Position numbers and translations under genes: made by a program
Assembly (NCBI GenBank): GCA_964523885.1
Contig: CAZFYX010000038.1
Coordinates: forward strand, 64,255-128,254
DNA: 64,000 nt
Direction: 5' to 3'
DNA from: an uncultured Burkholderiales bacterium
GTDB lineage: Bacteria > Pseudomonadota > Gammaproteobacteria > Burkholderiales > SHXO01
Part shown: positions 30,629-39,522 of the stretch, in pieces
How positions within the stretch are numbered: position 1 is the stretch's first letter
Layout: each line of letters begins with the position of its first letter
The notes under the pieces: generated by a model
Database searches by the model: none
What the model was told of the DNA's origin: nothing
What the model saw: only the letters and a program-made list of their open reading frames with translations

Positions 30629-31957
30629 GTGCGGACGGTGCGAAGCAACCAGGCTGAGTTCAACGCGGTACTTGCCCACGAGCAGCGGCAGGCGCGCCGG
30701 CGGCTGCTGGTCAGCCTGGCCGTGATCGCGGCCATGCTGGCGGTCCTGGCCGTGATGCTGGTGCGCTCCATGCCGCCGCGCACGGTGCGCATCGCCACCG
30801 GGGAGCCGGGTGGCGCATACCACACCTATGCGCAGCGCTACCAGGCAATCCTCGCGCGCGACGGCGTGAAGCTCGAACTGGTGGAGACCAACGGATCGCT
30901 CGACAACCTCAAGCTGCTGCAGGATCCACGCTCGGGGATCAGCGTGGCCCTCATGCAAGGCGGTGTTACCACGCGCGACCAGGCGCCCGGGCTCGCGTCC
31001 CTCGGCACGCTGGCCTACGAGCCGGTCTGGGCCTTCTACCGGGGCGAGGATGTGGTCAAGCTCGAAGGGTGGGCGGCCGGGAAGAAGATCTCGGTGGGAC
31101 CCGAAGGCAGCGGGACGCGCAAGGTCGCGCTCGACGTGATCAACCTGCTCGGGATGGACGAGCAGGGCGCCCAGCTGCTCGCGCTGCCCACCGCATCCGC
31201 GGTGCAGGCGCTCCTCGACGGCCAGATCGACATGGTGGTACTGGTGTCACCGCTCCACGGAGTGCACGTGCAGCGGCTGCTGGCCCAGCCCGAGATCAAG
31301 ATGCTCAGCTATCGGCGGGCAGACGCCTACGTCGCGCTGCGTCCCTACCTCAACAAGCTGCTCCTGCCCCAGGGCGTGATCGACATGCGGCACAACCGGC
31401 CGCCCCAGGACGTCGCGCTGGTCGCACCCGAGGCCAGCCTGGTGGTGCGGGAGTCGTTGCACCCGGCCATCCAGTACCTGCTGCTGCAAGCGGCGGTCGA
31501 AGTGCATTCCGCGCCGGCGCTGTTCCAGCAGGCCGGACAGTTCCCGGCCGCGCAGCCAGTGGACGTGCCGCTGAGCGAGCCCGCGATCAACTACTACAAG
31601 TCGGGCTCGCCGCTGCTGCAGCGCTACCTGCCGTTCTGGGGTGCGGCGCTGGTGGCCGAGCTGCTGCGGCTGCTGATCCCCGTGGTCGCCGTCGCCTACC
31701 CGCTGCTGCGCGTTGCCCCGGGGGTGTACGGCTGGGGCATGCGCCGGCGCATCTTCCGCCTCTATGGCGAGCTGAAGTTCATCGAGACCCAGCTGGAAGC
31801 GCGCGACGCGCAGGCCTCGGTGGAGGATCTGCGCAAGGAGATCGACTGGCTGGAGGCGCGTGCCTACCGCATGCGCATGCCCAAGGCCTTCGCGCAGATG
31901 CTCTACACGCTGCGCCTGCACATCGGCCTGGTGCGGCAGCGGCTGGAGCAGCGTTAG
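30629..31957 (+). CDS. TAXI-family (TRAP-type) solute-binding-like protein with membrane anchors
   Basis: N-terminal TM, a TAXI-like domain (RIATGEPGGAYHTYAQRY...ETNGSLDNLKLL) and C-terminal hydrophobic helices. GTG start. Confidence 0.55.
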   Translation: MRTVRSNQAEFNAVLAHEQRQARRRLLVSLAVIAAMLAVLAVMLVRSMPPRTVRIATGEPGGAYHTYAQRYQAILARDGVKLELVETNGSLDNLKLLQDPRSGISVALMQGGVTTRDQAPGLASLGTLAYEPVWAFYRGEDVVKLEGWAAGKKISVGPEGSGTRKVALDVINLLGMDEQGAQLLALPTASAVQALLDGQIDMVVLVSPLHGVHVQRLLAQPEIKMLSYRRADAYVALRPYLNKLLLPQGVIDMRHNRPPQDVALVAPEASLVVRESLHPAIQYLLLQAAVEVHSAPALFQQAGQFPAAQPVDVPLSEPAINYYKSGSPLLQRYLPFWGAALVAELLRLLIPVVAVAYPLLRVAPGVYGWGMRRRIFRLYGELKFIETQLEARDAQASVEDLRKEIDWLEARAYRMRMPKAFAQMLYTLRLHIGLVRQRLEQR

Positions 31958-31987
31958 CAGGCTGCACAAGAACTGCCTCGCTGCGCG

Positions 31988-33772
31988 CTAGCGGGCCGCG
32001 ACGGCTGTGGTCTCGCTCCAGCGCACCTCGACACGCGCACTCGCGGGCGCCAGCATCGCAGACGGGATGCCGACTTCGAGGTAATCCTCGGCCGCGGTGG
32101 TTTCCCCGACCTGCTTGCCGTCGAGCACGCAGCGCCAGCCGTCGTTCCGGATGATGCCGCGGGTAGGTTCGCAGACCATGTGAAGGTCGGGTGTCGCGGT
32201 GGCCGTGACTGCGTCGGCGCGCAGACCCGCCAGCGGCTGGAAACCGTGCAGCCTGACCTTGAGTGATTGTGGCCAGCCGCTTGCCGGAGCGCGGATCTCC
32301 ACGCCGCCGGTGCCGACCACTCGGTACACGTCCACGACGGTCATGCCGGCGTCGGAGCGCACCACGGTGCGGTCGCGCAGCACCGATTCCGGCCCGCCGA
32401 ATCCGCCGCCCAGGGCGAGATGCAGGTTCACGCGCTGCAGCCGCTGTTCGCTCTGCACGCGCAGCAGCGCGCTGCGGGAGGCGAACAGCGCCAGCTCCTG
32501 CTGCTGCACCGAACGCAGGTCGATCGAGCCGACCTCGAAGGCCTTGCGCGACAGATCGCGCGCGACCTGGGTCTCCGAGACGGCGCGCGCGAGGATGGCT
32601 TCCCGGTCGCGTGCCGCGCTGTCGCGCGCGATGGCATCCTCGACCTCGCCGAATGCGCGCTGGCCCACCCGGGCGTACTCGGCGATCGCCTGCTTCTGCT
32701 CGGCCGTGCGCACGTCCACCTGAGCCTTCAGCGCACCACCCTGGTAGATCGGCGCCATCAGCGTGGCGCCCGCGCTCCACACCGGGTTGTCGCGGTCCTT
32801 GAGCACGAACAGGTCGCTCGAGACCGAGCTGACGCCGGCGGTGAGCGAGATCTTCGGCAGGCGGGCCGCCTGCGCTTCCTGGATCCGGTTGAACGCGGCC
32901 GCGACCCGGCGCTCCGCGGCGATGATGTCGGGACGCCGCTCGAGCAGCTCGGAGGGCAGGCCTGCCGGGATCGGCCCGGGCACGGGCGGCAACTCGCCCG
33001 GCGTGTCCAGGCTGGCCGCGGGGTAGCGGCCGACCAGCAGCTCGAGCGCACGCACGGCCTGCTGGTAGGACAGCTCCACCTGGCGCAAGGTGTCGCGATA
33101 GGTCTGGAGGTTGGCCTGCGCGCTCGCGACCTCGATCGAATCGCCACGGCCCACGCGCTCACGGTCCTGCGCCAGGCTCACCAGGCGCTCGGCCGAGCGC
33201 ACACTGTCCTCCGCGATCTGGCGCTGCATCTTCGCCTCGATCGCGGTGACCCAGCTCTTCACCACCAGCGCCACCAGCGACTGCCTGGCGTACTCGACAT
33301 CGGCCAGCGCCGACGCGTACTGGTAGTTGGCGGCGGCTTGCCCGTAGCGCACGCGCCCCCACACGTCCAGCTCCCAGCCCACGAACAGCCCGACGCCCTG
33401 GAGGCCGCTGTTGTCGCCGCTGAGCTTGCCACCGCCGCGCGCCAGCAGGTTGACCGCCGGGTACAGGCCCGCGGACGCGATGCGGGAGTAGGCGGCCGCC
33501 TGCTCGATGCGCGCATTGGCCACGCGCAGGTCGGCGTTGTACGCCAGCGCCTCTTCCACCAGTGGCGTGAGGCGCGGATCGGCGAGCTGCTGGAACCAGC
33601 CCTCCTGCACGGAGCCGCCCGCTGCACCCTGGGTGGCCCAGCGCTCGGGTACTTGCGTGTTGGGCAGCGCCTGGCGCCTGACCTCGGTCACGTCGGGCGG
33701 CTGCTTGAGCGCGCAGCCGGTCGCGAGCAGGGCCGTGACCAGGCCAGGCAGGAGCCTGTGTGCGGCCGCCAT
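31988..33772 (-). CDS. outer-membrane efflux factor (NodT-type lipoprotein) with ~136-aa C-terminal extension
   Basis: Lipobox LLATGC/AL and two OEP repeats ending ...RVNLHLALGGGF at about residue 458. A further 136 residues follow in frame. Confidence 0.8.
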   Translation of the reverse strand: MAAAHRLLPGLVTALLATGCALKQPPDVTEVRRQALPNTQVPERWATQGAAGGSVQEGWFQQLADPRLTPLVEEALAYNADLRVANARIEQAAAYSRIASAGLYPAVNLLARGGGKLSGDNSGLQGVGLFVGWELDVWGRVRYGQAAANYQYASALADVEYARQSLVALVVKSWVTAIEAKMQRQIAEDSVRSAERLVSLAQDRERVGRGDSIEVASAQANLQTYRDTLRQVELSYQQAVRALELLVGRYPAASLDTPGELPPVPGPIPAGLPSELLERRPDIIAAERRVAAAFNRIQEAQAARLPKISLTAGVSSVSSDLFVLKDRDNPVWSAGATLMAPIYQGGALKAQVDVRTAEQKQAIAEYARVGQRAFGEVEDAIARDSAARDREAILARAVSETQVARDLSRKAFEVGSIDLRSVQQQELALFASRSALLRVQSEQRLQRVNLHLALGGGFGGPESVLRDRTVVRSDAGMTVVDVYRVVGTGGVEIRAPASGWPQSLKVRLHGFQPLAGLRADAVTATATPDLHMVCEPTRGIIRNDGWRCVLDGKQVGETTAAEDYLEVGIPSAMLAPASARVEVRWSETTAVAAR

Positions 33773-33773
33773 C

Positions 33774-35000
33774 TCAGTGCAGCTTGAGGACCAGCCAGTT
33801 CATGTACGAACCGACACGCAGGATGACGCGGCGGATGATCTGGATCGCGGCGAGGTGCTCGGTATAGATCGCGGCGTCCCCCGCGGCACCCGCGGCCAGG
33901 AACAGCTCGCGATCGCGCTCGTCGATGTCGAACTTCACTGCGAAGCGGCCGGGCGGCTGCGCGAAAACGCCGGTCAGCGGCAGCGTTCCGCTGGCCGGCA
34001 GCTGCCCCTGTCCCTGCGCCCAGATCACCGAATCGACCTTGGCCTTGATGATCTTGCCCGGATAGGTCTTGAGGGCGAACTCGGCCTCGTTGCCCGGACG
34101 TACCTCGTGCAGCTCGTTCTGGCTGTAGAGCGCGACCACCTGGCCCTGCGCCTCGACCAGGGTCATCACCGGATTGAACGGCATGCCGGCCACGAACGCG
34201 CCGGGGCGCAGCTGCAGGTTGACGACATAGCAGTCGCAGGGCGAACGCACGGTGGTCTGCTGGAGGTCCCACTTCGCGCTCTCGAGCTGCGCTCGGATCG
34301 CCGCCACCTGCGCGTATTCGCCGTCCTCGGTCTTGGCGCTGAGCTTCTGCACCACCTGCTGCTCGGCCGCGCGTGCCTGCACTTCGGCGGCACGCGCCTG
34401 CGCCTGCACGCCGCGTGCGGAGTCCAGCTGCGCTTCCAGCTCGCGCAGGTCGGTCTCCGACTTCTCCAGCTCGAACTTGCTGCCCGCGCCGGTACTCGCG
34501 AGCTCCTTGTTCTGCTTCACCCGCAGGCGTGTCAGCTCGAGCCGAGCATTGATCTCGCGCACCCGGGCGCTGGCCTGCTCGATTCCCGCGGTCGATTCGA
34601 CCACCTTGCCCCGCGCCTGTTTCAGCGCTTCATCCAGCTCGCGCTGGCTGGCCCTGGAGCTGAACAGCTGCGCCTCGAGCTGGTTCACGCTGAGCTGGTA
34701 GGGCGTGGGATCGATCCGGAACAGCACATCCCCCTTCTTCACCAATCGGTTTCCTTCCTCGATCGGCACCTCGATCACGCGCCCGCGCACCTGCGACACG
34801 ATGGGCACGGTGTACTTGTACACGCGCACGTCGGGGGAAGAGGGCGCATACACGTTGAGCAGCAGGATCAGGGCTGCCATGCCGACGATCGGGATGATGA
34901 CCACGATCGCCTGGGTCTTGGTGTTCCATGGCAGCCACTTCAGCTTGATGAAGATCAGCCAGACGAAGAACGAGTAGATGGCGAGCAGGATTGCTTCCAC
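33774..35000 (-). CDS. HlyD-family membrane-fusion protein, YiaV/YibH-like
   Basis: Two N-terminal TMs, lipoyl/hairpin/barrel layout, and a YiaV-like C-terminus (IIRRVILRVGSYMNWLVLKLH). Its stop lies 1 nt before the OMF start. Confidence 0.8.
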   Translation of the reverse strand: MEAILLAIYSFFVWLIFIKLKWLPWNTKTQAIVVIIPIVGMAALILLLNVYAPSSPDVRVYKYTVPIVSQVRGRVIEVPIEEGNRLVKKGDVLFRIDPTPYQLSVNQLEAQLFSSRASQRELDEALKQARGKVVESTAGIEQASARVREINARLELTRLRVKQNKELASTGAGSKFELEKSETDLRELEAQLDSARGVQAQARAAEVQARAAEQQVVQKLSAKTEDGEYAQVAAIRAQLESAKWDLQQTTVRSPCDCYVVNLQLRPGAFVAGMPFNPVMTLVEAQGQVVALYSQNELHEVRPGNEAEFALKTYPGKIIKAKVDSVIWAQGQGQLPASGTLPLTGVFAQPPGRFAVKFDIDERDRELFLAAGAAGDAAIYTEHLAAIQIIRRVILRVGSYMNWLVLKLH

Positions 35001-35002
35001 GG

Positions 35003-35554
35003 CTAGCCCTTCGACTCTTGACTCACGGCGATGAGCTTGGCTTCGAGCACGGCCAGCCGCTCCTGTACCGTGTGAAGGTCGTGCGGACTGGCGCCGCCGC
35101 GGGCCATCGCAGCGAGCTGCGCGCGCAGCTGCGAGAGGTCAGCGGCAAGCTGCTCGGCTTCGCGGCCTTCCTTCTCGGCCAGCTCGCGGTAGTAGTCCTC
35201 GTGCTTTTCGACCCCGTAGGCCATCTTGTGCAGCGTCGGGCGGGTGTAGGCCCACAGCCACGCGATCGGCCAGAGCAGCCCGCCGAACACCAGCGAGAGC
35301 AGGCATAGCGTCTTGATCGCATCCTTCTGCGGGTGGTGGCGCTTCTCCGCGATCTTCTCGGGCAGGATATGGATCAGCCAGAACAGCACGATCCCGCCGA
35401 TCGGCACGAAGAGCAGCACGAAGATCGCCAAGCCGTTGGCGAGCGAATCGAGCGCCTCGCCGTGCAGGAATGAGGCGCGCGCCAATGCGGGTGCGAACGT
35501 GGTGACCAGCAGCGCCGCTGCATTCGCCAAGCGCTTGCGTGCTGAGGGAGTCAT
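35003..35554 (-). CDS. DUF3302 (YiaW/YibI-like) small inner-membrane protein
   Basis: Family motif ILPEKIAEKRHHPQKDAIKTLCLLSLVFGGLLWPIAWLWAY followed by a C-terminal coiled coil. Alternative start at 35590. Confidence 0.7.
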   Translation of the reverse strand: MTPSARKRLANAAALLVTTFAPALARASFLHGEALDSLANGLAIFVLLFVPIGGIVLFWLIHILPEKIAEKRHHPQKDAIKTLCLLSLVFGGLLWPIAWLWAYTRPTLHKMAYGVEKHEDYYRELAEKEGREAEQLAADLSQLRAQLAAMARGGASPHDLHTVQERLAVLEAKLIAVSQESKG

Positions 35555-35600
35555 GCCCGCGCGCCGTGGATGCGCAAGCCCGGGATGCACAGCCCGCCGC

Positions 35601-35843
35601 CTACTTCCAGGGCATCGCCGGGATCCACGCGTTCAGCGCGCGCCCCTGGTAGATGCGGCCCTGGAGGCGCTTGGCCAGCGCCTCGGCCTGGAGCTGTCCC
35701 ATGTCGGTCTCGATCATGACGCTGGGCGCGCCGCCCTCGCGGAACAGCTTGACCGATTCCATCGGCACGAAGGCGGACAGCGCCTCCTGGATGCCTTCCT
35801 CGGTGACGTCGTCCGGCAGGTTTCCGATCATGATGCGGGTCAT
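35601..35843 (-). CDS. small RRM-like protein (degenerate RNP motifs)
   Basis: RNP2-like IMIGNLPDDVTEE and an overall beta-alpha-beta-beta-alpha-beta length, but no aromatic RNP1 (SVMIETD). First gene of the DUF3302-HlyD-OMF unit. Confidence 0.45.
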   Translation of the reverse strand: MTRIMIGNLPDDVTEEGIQEALSAFVPMESVKLFREGGAPSVMIETDMGQLQAEALAKRLQGRIYQGRALNAWIPAMPWK

Positions 35844-35923
35844 CGCTTGCCTCCAGCAGCTCGTTGAACACCCCATATCCTAAGCCCTTGCGACCCGTTC
35901 CGCGGGCCGCAAGGCGCCGAATG

Positions 35924-37327
35924 TCAAAACTTGAACTGCGTGGAGAACTGCACGCGGGTGTCGTAGGCCGATTCGCCGTCGAGGTTCTCGCGCTTGCCGT
36001 AGAGCAGCTCCATGCCGGTCATGATGTTCTTCGCCGGATAGTAGAGCAGATTGGTCGAGCCGTACTGACCGGAGTGGAACGATGTCGCCGCCTGGCCGTC
36101 GGTGTTGTCCTGGAACTGTCCGCTCCAGCCGATCGCGCTGCTGAAGCGCTCGTTCCAGAAGTGGTCGTAGTAGACCAGCCAGCCCACCACGGGCACCGCC
36201 TCGGCCTTGCCCGCGGCGTTGGGCGCGATGTCCACGCAGCAGTCGTTGAAGTATCCGGCGATGCCCTTGCCGTAGGCGAGCTGGGCCATGATCCGGTCCT
36301 GCTGGCCGACCTTGTAGCTGCCGGTCAGGTTGAGGCCGTAGCCGGTGACGTAGCCCGAATCGTCGGTGGTGGGGAAGGACGGGTCCTGGTAGCCGAGGTA
36401 GCGGACGATCCCGGCGGCCTGCAGATGGCCCCATTCGGGCTCGTAGCGGTACTGGGCGGTGAAGTCGGGATACTTGTTGTGCGCCTGCCAGCCGTACGGC
36501 GTGCCGGCGTTGCCGCTGTCGATCGCCGCGCCCGGCGCCTCGAGCGCGATGGAGAACTTCCGCCCGTCGCCGTTGATCGGCGTGTAGCGCGCCTGGATGT
36601 TGCGGAAGAAGATCATCCCGCCCGGTCCCCAGTAGTCGATGGTGTTGGGAAACACGCTGCCATCCATGAACAGGCTGTCGGTCTGGCCGGCGAGGTAGGG
36701 GCCGATCTCGCCATAGGCCTGGCGCAGGCGGAACGTGGTCTGGCCCGCATCGGCGCCCACCCCGAAGAGGTCGAACTCGAAGCGCGTCTTGAGCTCGCCG
36801 GCCTCGGTCGGCAGGAAGCCCTTGAAGCCCAGGCGGGTCTGCCGGACGCTGAACGTGGTCTGGCCGTAGTCTCCGCAACCGGGATCGGGATTGGGTCCCG
36901 TGCAGACCACCGGGATCTTGGATGGCCGCAGCGTGGCGCTCCAGTCCGGATCCATGCGCTTGAAGTCGTAGATGAAATCGGCCTGCGCGAAGCCGTAGAT
37001 CTCGAGCCGCGCGCCGCTGGCATCGGCTACGCCCTTGGCGGGGACTTCATTGGGGGCAATCACCACCCCGCCCGCGGGGACGGCTGGCGGCGCGGCCTGC
37101 GTGCTGAGCGGTGCTGCCCCGGCAGCCGCCGCGGCCGGCGCTGCTGCTGCAGCCGCAGGCGCAGCCGCCGCAGGCGCTTGTCCCTCCAGCGCTTGCACGC
37201 GCTTCTCGAGCTGCTGGATGAGCTGCTTGGCCGAGTCGAGCTGGGCCTTGAGCTCGCTCAACTCGTCGGCCGCCGCGCCGCCGCTCCACGCCAGCGCAAG
37301 CGCGCCGACCAATGCCAGTTTCCTCAC
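35924..37327 (-). CDS. outer-membrane porin with N-terminal coiled coil (DcaP-like)
   Basis: GTG start with SD AAGGAGG. Signal peptide, coiled coil (ELSELKAQLDSAKQLIQQLEKRVQALE), Ala/Pro linker, then a barrel ending ...VQFSTQFKF. The 800-aa track ORF is a read-through artefact. Confidence 0.7.
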   Translation of the reverse strand: MRKLALVGALALAWSGGAAADELSELKAQLDSAKQLIQQLEKRVQALEGQAPAAAAPAAAAAAPAAAAAGAAPLSTQAAPPAVPAGGVVIAPNEVPAKGVADASGARLEIYGFAQADFIYDFKRMDPDWSATLRPSKIPVVCTGPNPDPGCGDYGQTTFSVRQTRLGFKGFLPTEAGELKTRFEFDLFGVGADAGQTTFRLRQAYGEIGPYLAGQTDSLFMDGSVFPNTIDYWGPGGMIFFRNIQARYTPINGDGRKFSIALEAPGAAIDSGNAGTPYGWQAHNKYPDFTAQYRYEPEWGHLQAAGIVRYLGYQDPSFPTTDDSGYVTGYGLNLTGSYKVGQQDRIMAQLAYGKGIAGYFNDCCVDIAPNAAGKAEAVPVVGWLVYYDHFWNERFSSAIGWSGQFQDNTDGQAATSFHSGQYGSTNLLYYPAKNIMTGMELLYGKRENLDGESAYDTRVQFSTQFKF

Positions 37328-37365
37328 GGATGCCTCCTTCTCGTGACGCCGCCGGACCGCGCCGG

Positions 37366-38397
37366 TCAGCGGCCGCTGCCGAACAGGTTCACGCCCAGCT
37401 CGTCGGTGATGTACTCGATCGCCTTCATGGCGCGCACGCTGTTGCCCGCATCGTTGACCCGCGGCGAGAAGCCGACGATGGCCATCTTGCCGGGCACGAC
37501 CGCGACGATGCCGCCGCCCACGCCGGTCTTGGCCGGCAGCCCGGCGGTATACGCCCAGGCACCGGACTCGTTGTAGAAGCCCGCCATCATCATCACGGCC
37601 AGCACCTTCGGCACGTAACGGGTGTCGAGCACGCGGACCCCCGTGACCGGGTTGACGCCATTGTTGGCCAGCGTGGCGCCCATCACGGCGAGCTGCTTGG
37701 CCGTCACGCCGATCGAGCACTGCCGCGTGTACACGTCCACGGCCTCCATCGGCTCGGAGTACATGCGGTCGCTGGCGGCGAGGATGTAGGCGTGGGCGCG
37801 GTTGCGCTGGTTGGTGGCCGCCTCGGACTTGTAGACATCCTCGATGACCTTCAGATCCGCCGCCGCGAGCTTCTCGTAGAAGTGGATGATGGTGTCGAAG
37901 CGCTCCTGTGCGCTGGCGGCCTTGACCAGGCTGACCGAGGCGATGGCACCGGAGTTCACCAGCGGATTCACCGAGACCTGCGGAATGATCTGGGTGGCGA
38001 GGATGGAGTTGAACTTGAGCCCGGTGGGCTCGACCCCGATCTTGTCGTGGATGACCTGCGCAGTGCCGTGCTGCTGCATCACCAGTGCGGCAGTGAACGG
38101 CTTGGACACCGACTGGATGCTGAAGGCGTAGTCGACGTCGCCGGCGGTGTAGACATCGCCGCGTGCGGTGACGATCGCCACGCCGAACAGCTCCGAGGGC
38201 ACCTTGGCCAGCTCGGGGATGTAGTCGGCGTTGGCGCCGTCCTTGATGTCCTTGAACTTCGCGTGGGCTTCCTGCACCACGCGCGTGAGCACCTGCGCGC
38301 TGGGAATGACCTGAGCGCCCGCCCAACCCGGGACGATGACGAGGACGGCGACCAGCACCAGCCGCCAGCGGGTGAAGCTCCAGAGGTTGCGTTGCAT
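37366..38397 (-). CDS. glsA: glutaminase A with signal peptide
   Basis: Serine-beta-lactamase-like glutaminase motifs (FSIQSVSKPF, YIPELA, GVGGGIVAVVPG). The N-terminal MQRNLWSFTRWRLVLVAVLVIVPGWAGA looks like an export signal. Confidence 0.8.
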   Translation of the reverse strand: MQRNLWSFTRWRLVLVAVLVIVPGWAGAQVIPSAQVLTRVVQEAHAKFKDIKDGANADYIPELAKVPSELFGVAIVTARGDVYTAGDVDYAFSIQSVSKPFTAALVMQQHGTAQVIHDKIGVEPTGLKFNSILATQIIPQVSVNPLVNSGAIASVSLVKAASAQERFDTIIHFYEKLAAADLKVIEDVYKSEAATNQRNRAHAYILAASDRMYSEPMEAVDVYTRQCSIGVTAKQLAVMGATLANNGVNPVTGVRVLDTRYVPKVLAVMMMAGFYNESGAWAYTAGLPAKTGVGGGIVAVVPGKMAIVGFSPRVNDAGNSVRAMKAIEYITDELGVNLFGSGR

Positions 38398-38455
38398 GTT
38401 GTTCTCCTGGTTCAGGGGGTGATTGTTGTGCCGGAGCTGCGCCCGCGGCGGCCGA

Positions 38456-39511
38456 TCAATACTGGTAGAAGAGCTCCTGCAGCTTCCTGGCATCCCCGGT
38501 CTGCGTCAACCCGAGCATCAGCAGCACCCTGGCCTTCTGGGGGTTGAGCTCCATGGAGGCGATGCTGCCCATCTCGTCGTCGTTGAGCTCGACGTTGCGG
38601 TCGGTGATCCCGCTGCCGGTGCGCGAGGAGCGCACCACTGCCACCCCTTTCCTGATGGCGTCCTGCAGGCCCGCGACCATCGCCTCGGTGGCGTTGCCGT
38701 CGCCGACCCCGGCCAGCACGATGCCCTTGCAGCCCGACGCCACGCACTGGTCGACGAACTCGCGGCCGACGTTGGCATAGGCATAGAAGATCTCGACGCG
38801 CGGCAGCTCGCTCACGCCGTCGACGGACAGCACGCTGGTGCTCGTGTGCTTCGTCGCGAGGGCGTCGTACCAGTACACGCGGCCGGCGTTGGTCATCCCG
38901 GCCTTGCCGCGGTTGGGCGACTTGAACGTGTCGAGCTGCGTGGTGTTGGTCTTGGTGGCCTCGCGCGCGTAGTGGATCTCGTCGTTGATCACCAGCAGCA
39001 CGCCGCGGCCCTTCGCCTTCGGATCCACCGCTGCCGCCACCGCGTTGTAGAGGTTCGCGGGACCGTCCGCGCCGGTCGCCGTCGCCGGGCGCATCGACCC
39101 CACCATCACCACCGGCTTGCTGCTGTGCGTCACCAGGCTGAGGAAGTAGCCGGTCTCCTCCATCGTGTCGGTGCCGTGCGTGATCACGACCGCAGTGACG
39201 TCCGGTTGTGCCAGGACCTCGTTCAGCCGCTTGGCCAGCTTGAGCCAGACGGCGTTGGTCATGTCCTGGCTGCCGATGTTGACGACCTGCTCCCCGCTCA
39301 TGTCGGCCAGCTCGGAGAGCTTGGGCACCGCCTTGATCAGATCCTCGACCTTGAAGCTGCCCGACTTGTAGCCGGCGTCCTGGCCTTCGGCCTGGGCGCC
39401 GGCGATCGTGCCGCCGGTGGCCAGCACGACCACCTTGGGCTTGGCCGCGAGCGCCGGGCCTGCCAGCAGCACGCACAGCAGGGCGATGATGCACGACTTC
39501 GTTGTTTTCAT
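38456..39511 (-). CDS. ansB: periplasmic type II L-asparaginase
   Basis: Signal peptide followed by VVLATGGTIAG and HGTDTMEETGYFL catalytic motifs. Confidence 0.9.
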   Translation of the reverse strand: MKTTKSCIIALLCVLLAGPALAAKPKVVVLATGGTIAGAQAEGQDAGYKSGSFKVEDLIKAVPKLSELADMSGEQVVNIGSQDMTNAVWLKLAKRLNEVLAQPDVTAVVITHGTDTMEETGYFLSLVTHSSKPVVMVGSMRPATATGADGPANLYNAVAAAVDPKAKGRGVLLVINDEIHYAREATKTNTTQLDTFKSPNRGKAGMTNAGRVYWYDALATKHTSTSVLSVDGVSELPRVEIFYAYANVGREFVDQCVASGCKGIVLAGVGDGNATEAMVAGLQDAIRKGVAVVRSSRTGSGITDRNVELNDDEMGSIASMELNPQKARVLLMLGLTQTGDARKLQELFYQY

Positions 39512-39522
39512 GACAGTTCCCC

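Noticed and set aside
35924-38326. An 800-aa ORF apparently fusing the porin to upstream sequence.
   Set aside because: Only the last 467 codons look like a protein (signal peptide, coiled coil, barrel), and they start at a GTG with an AAGGAGG SD at 37327. The upstream part overlaps glsA in another frame.
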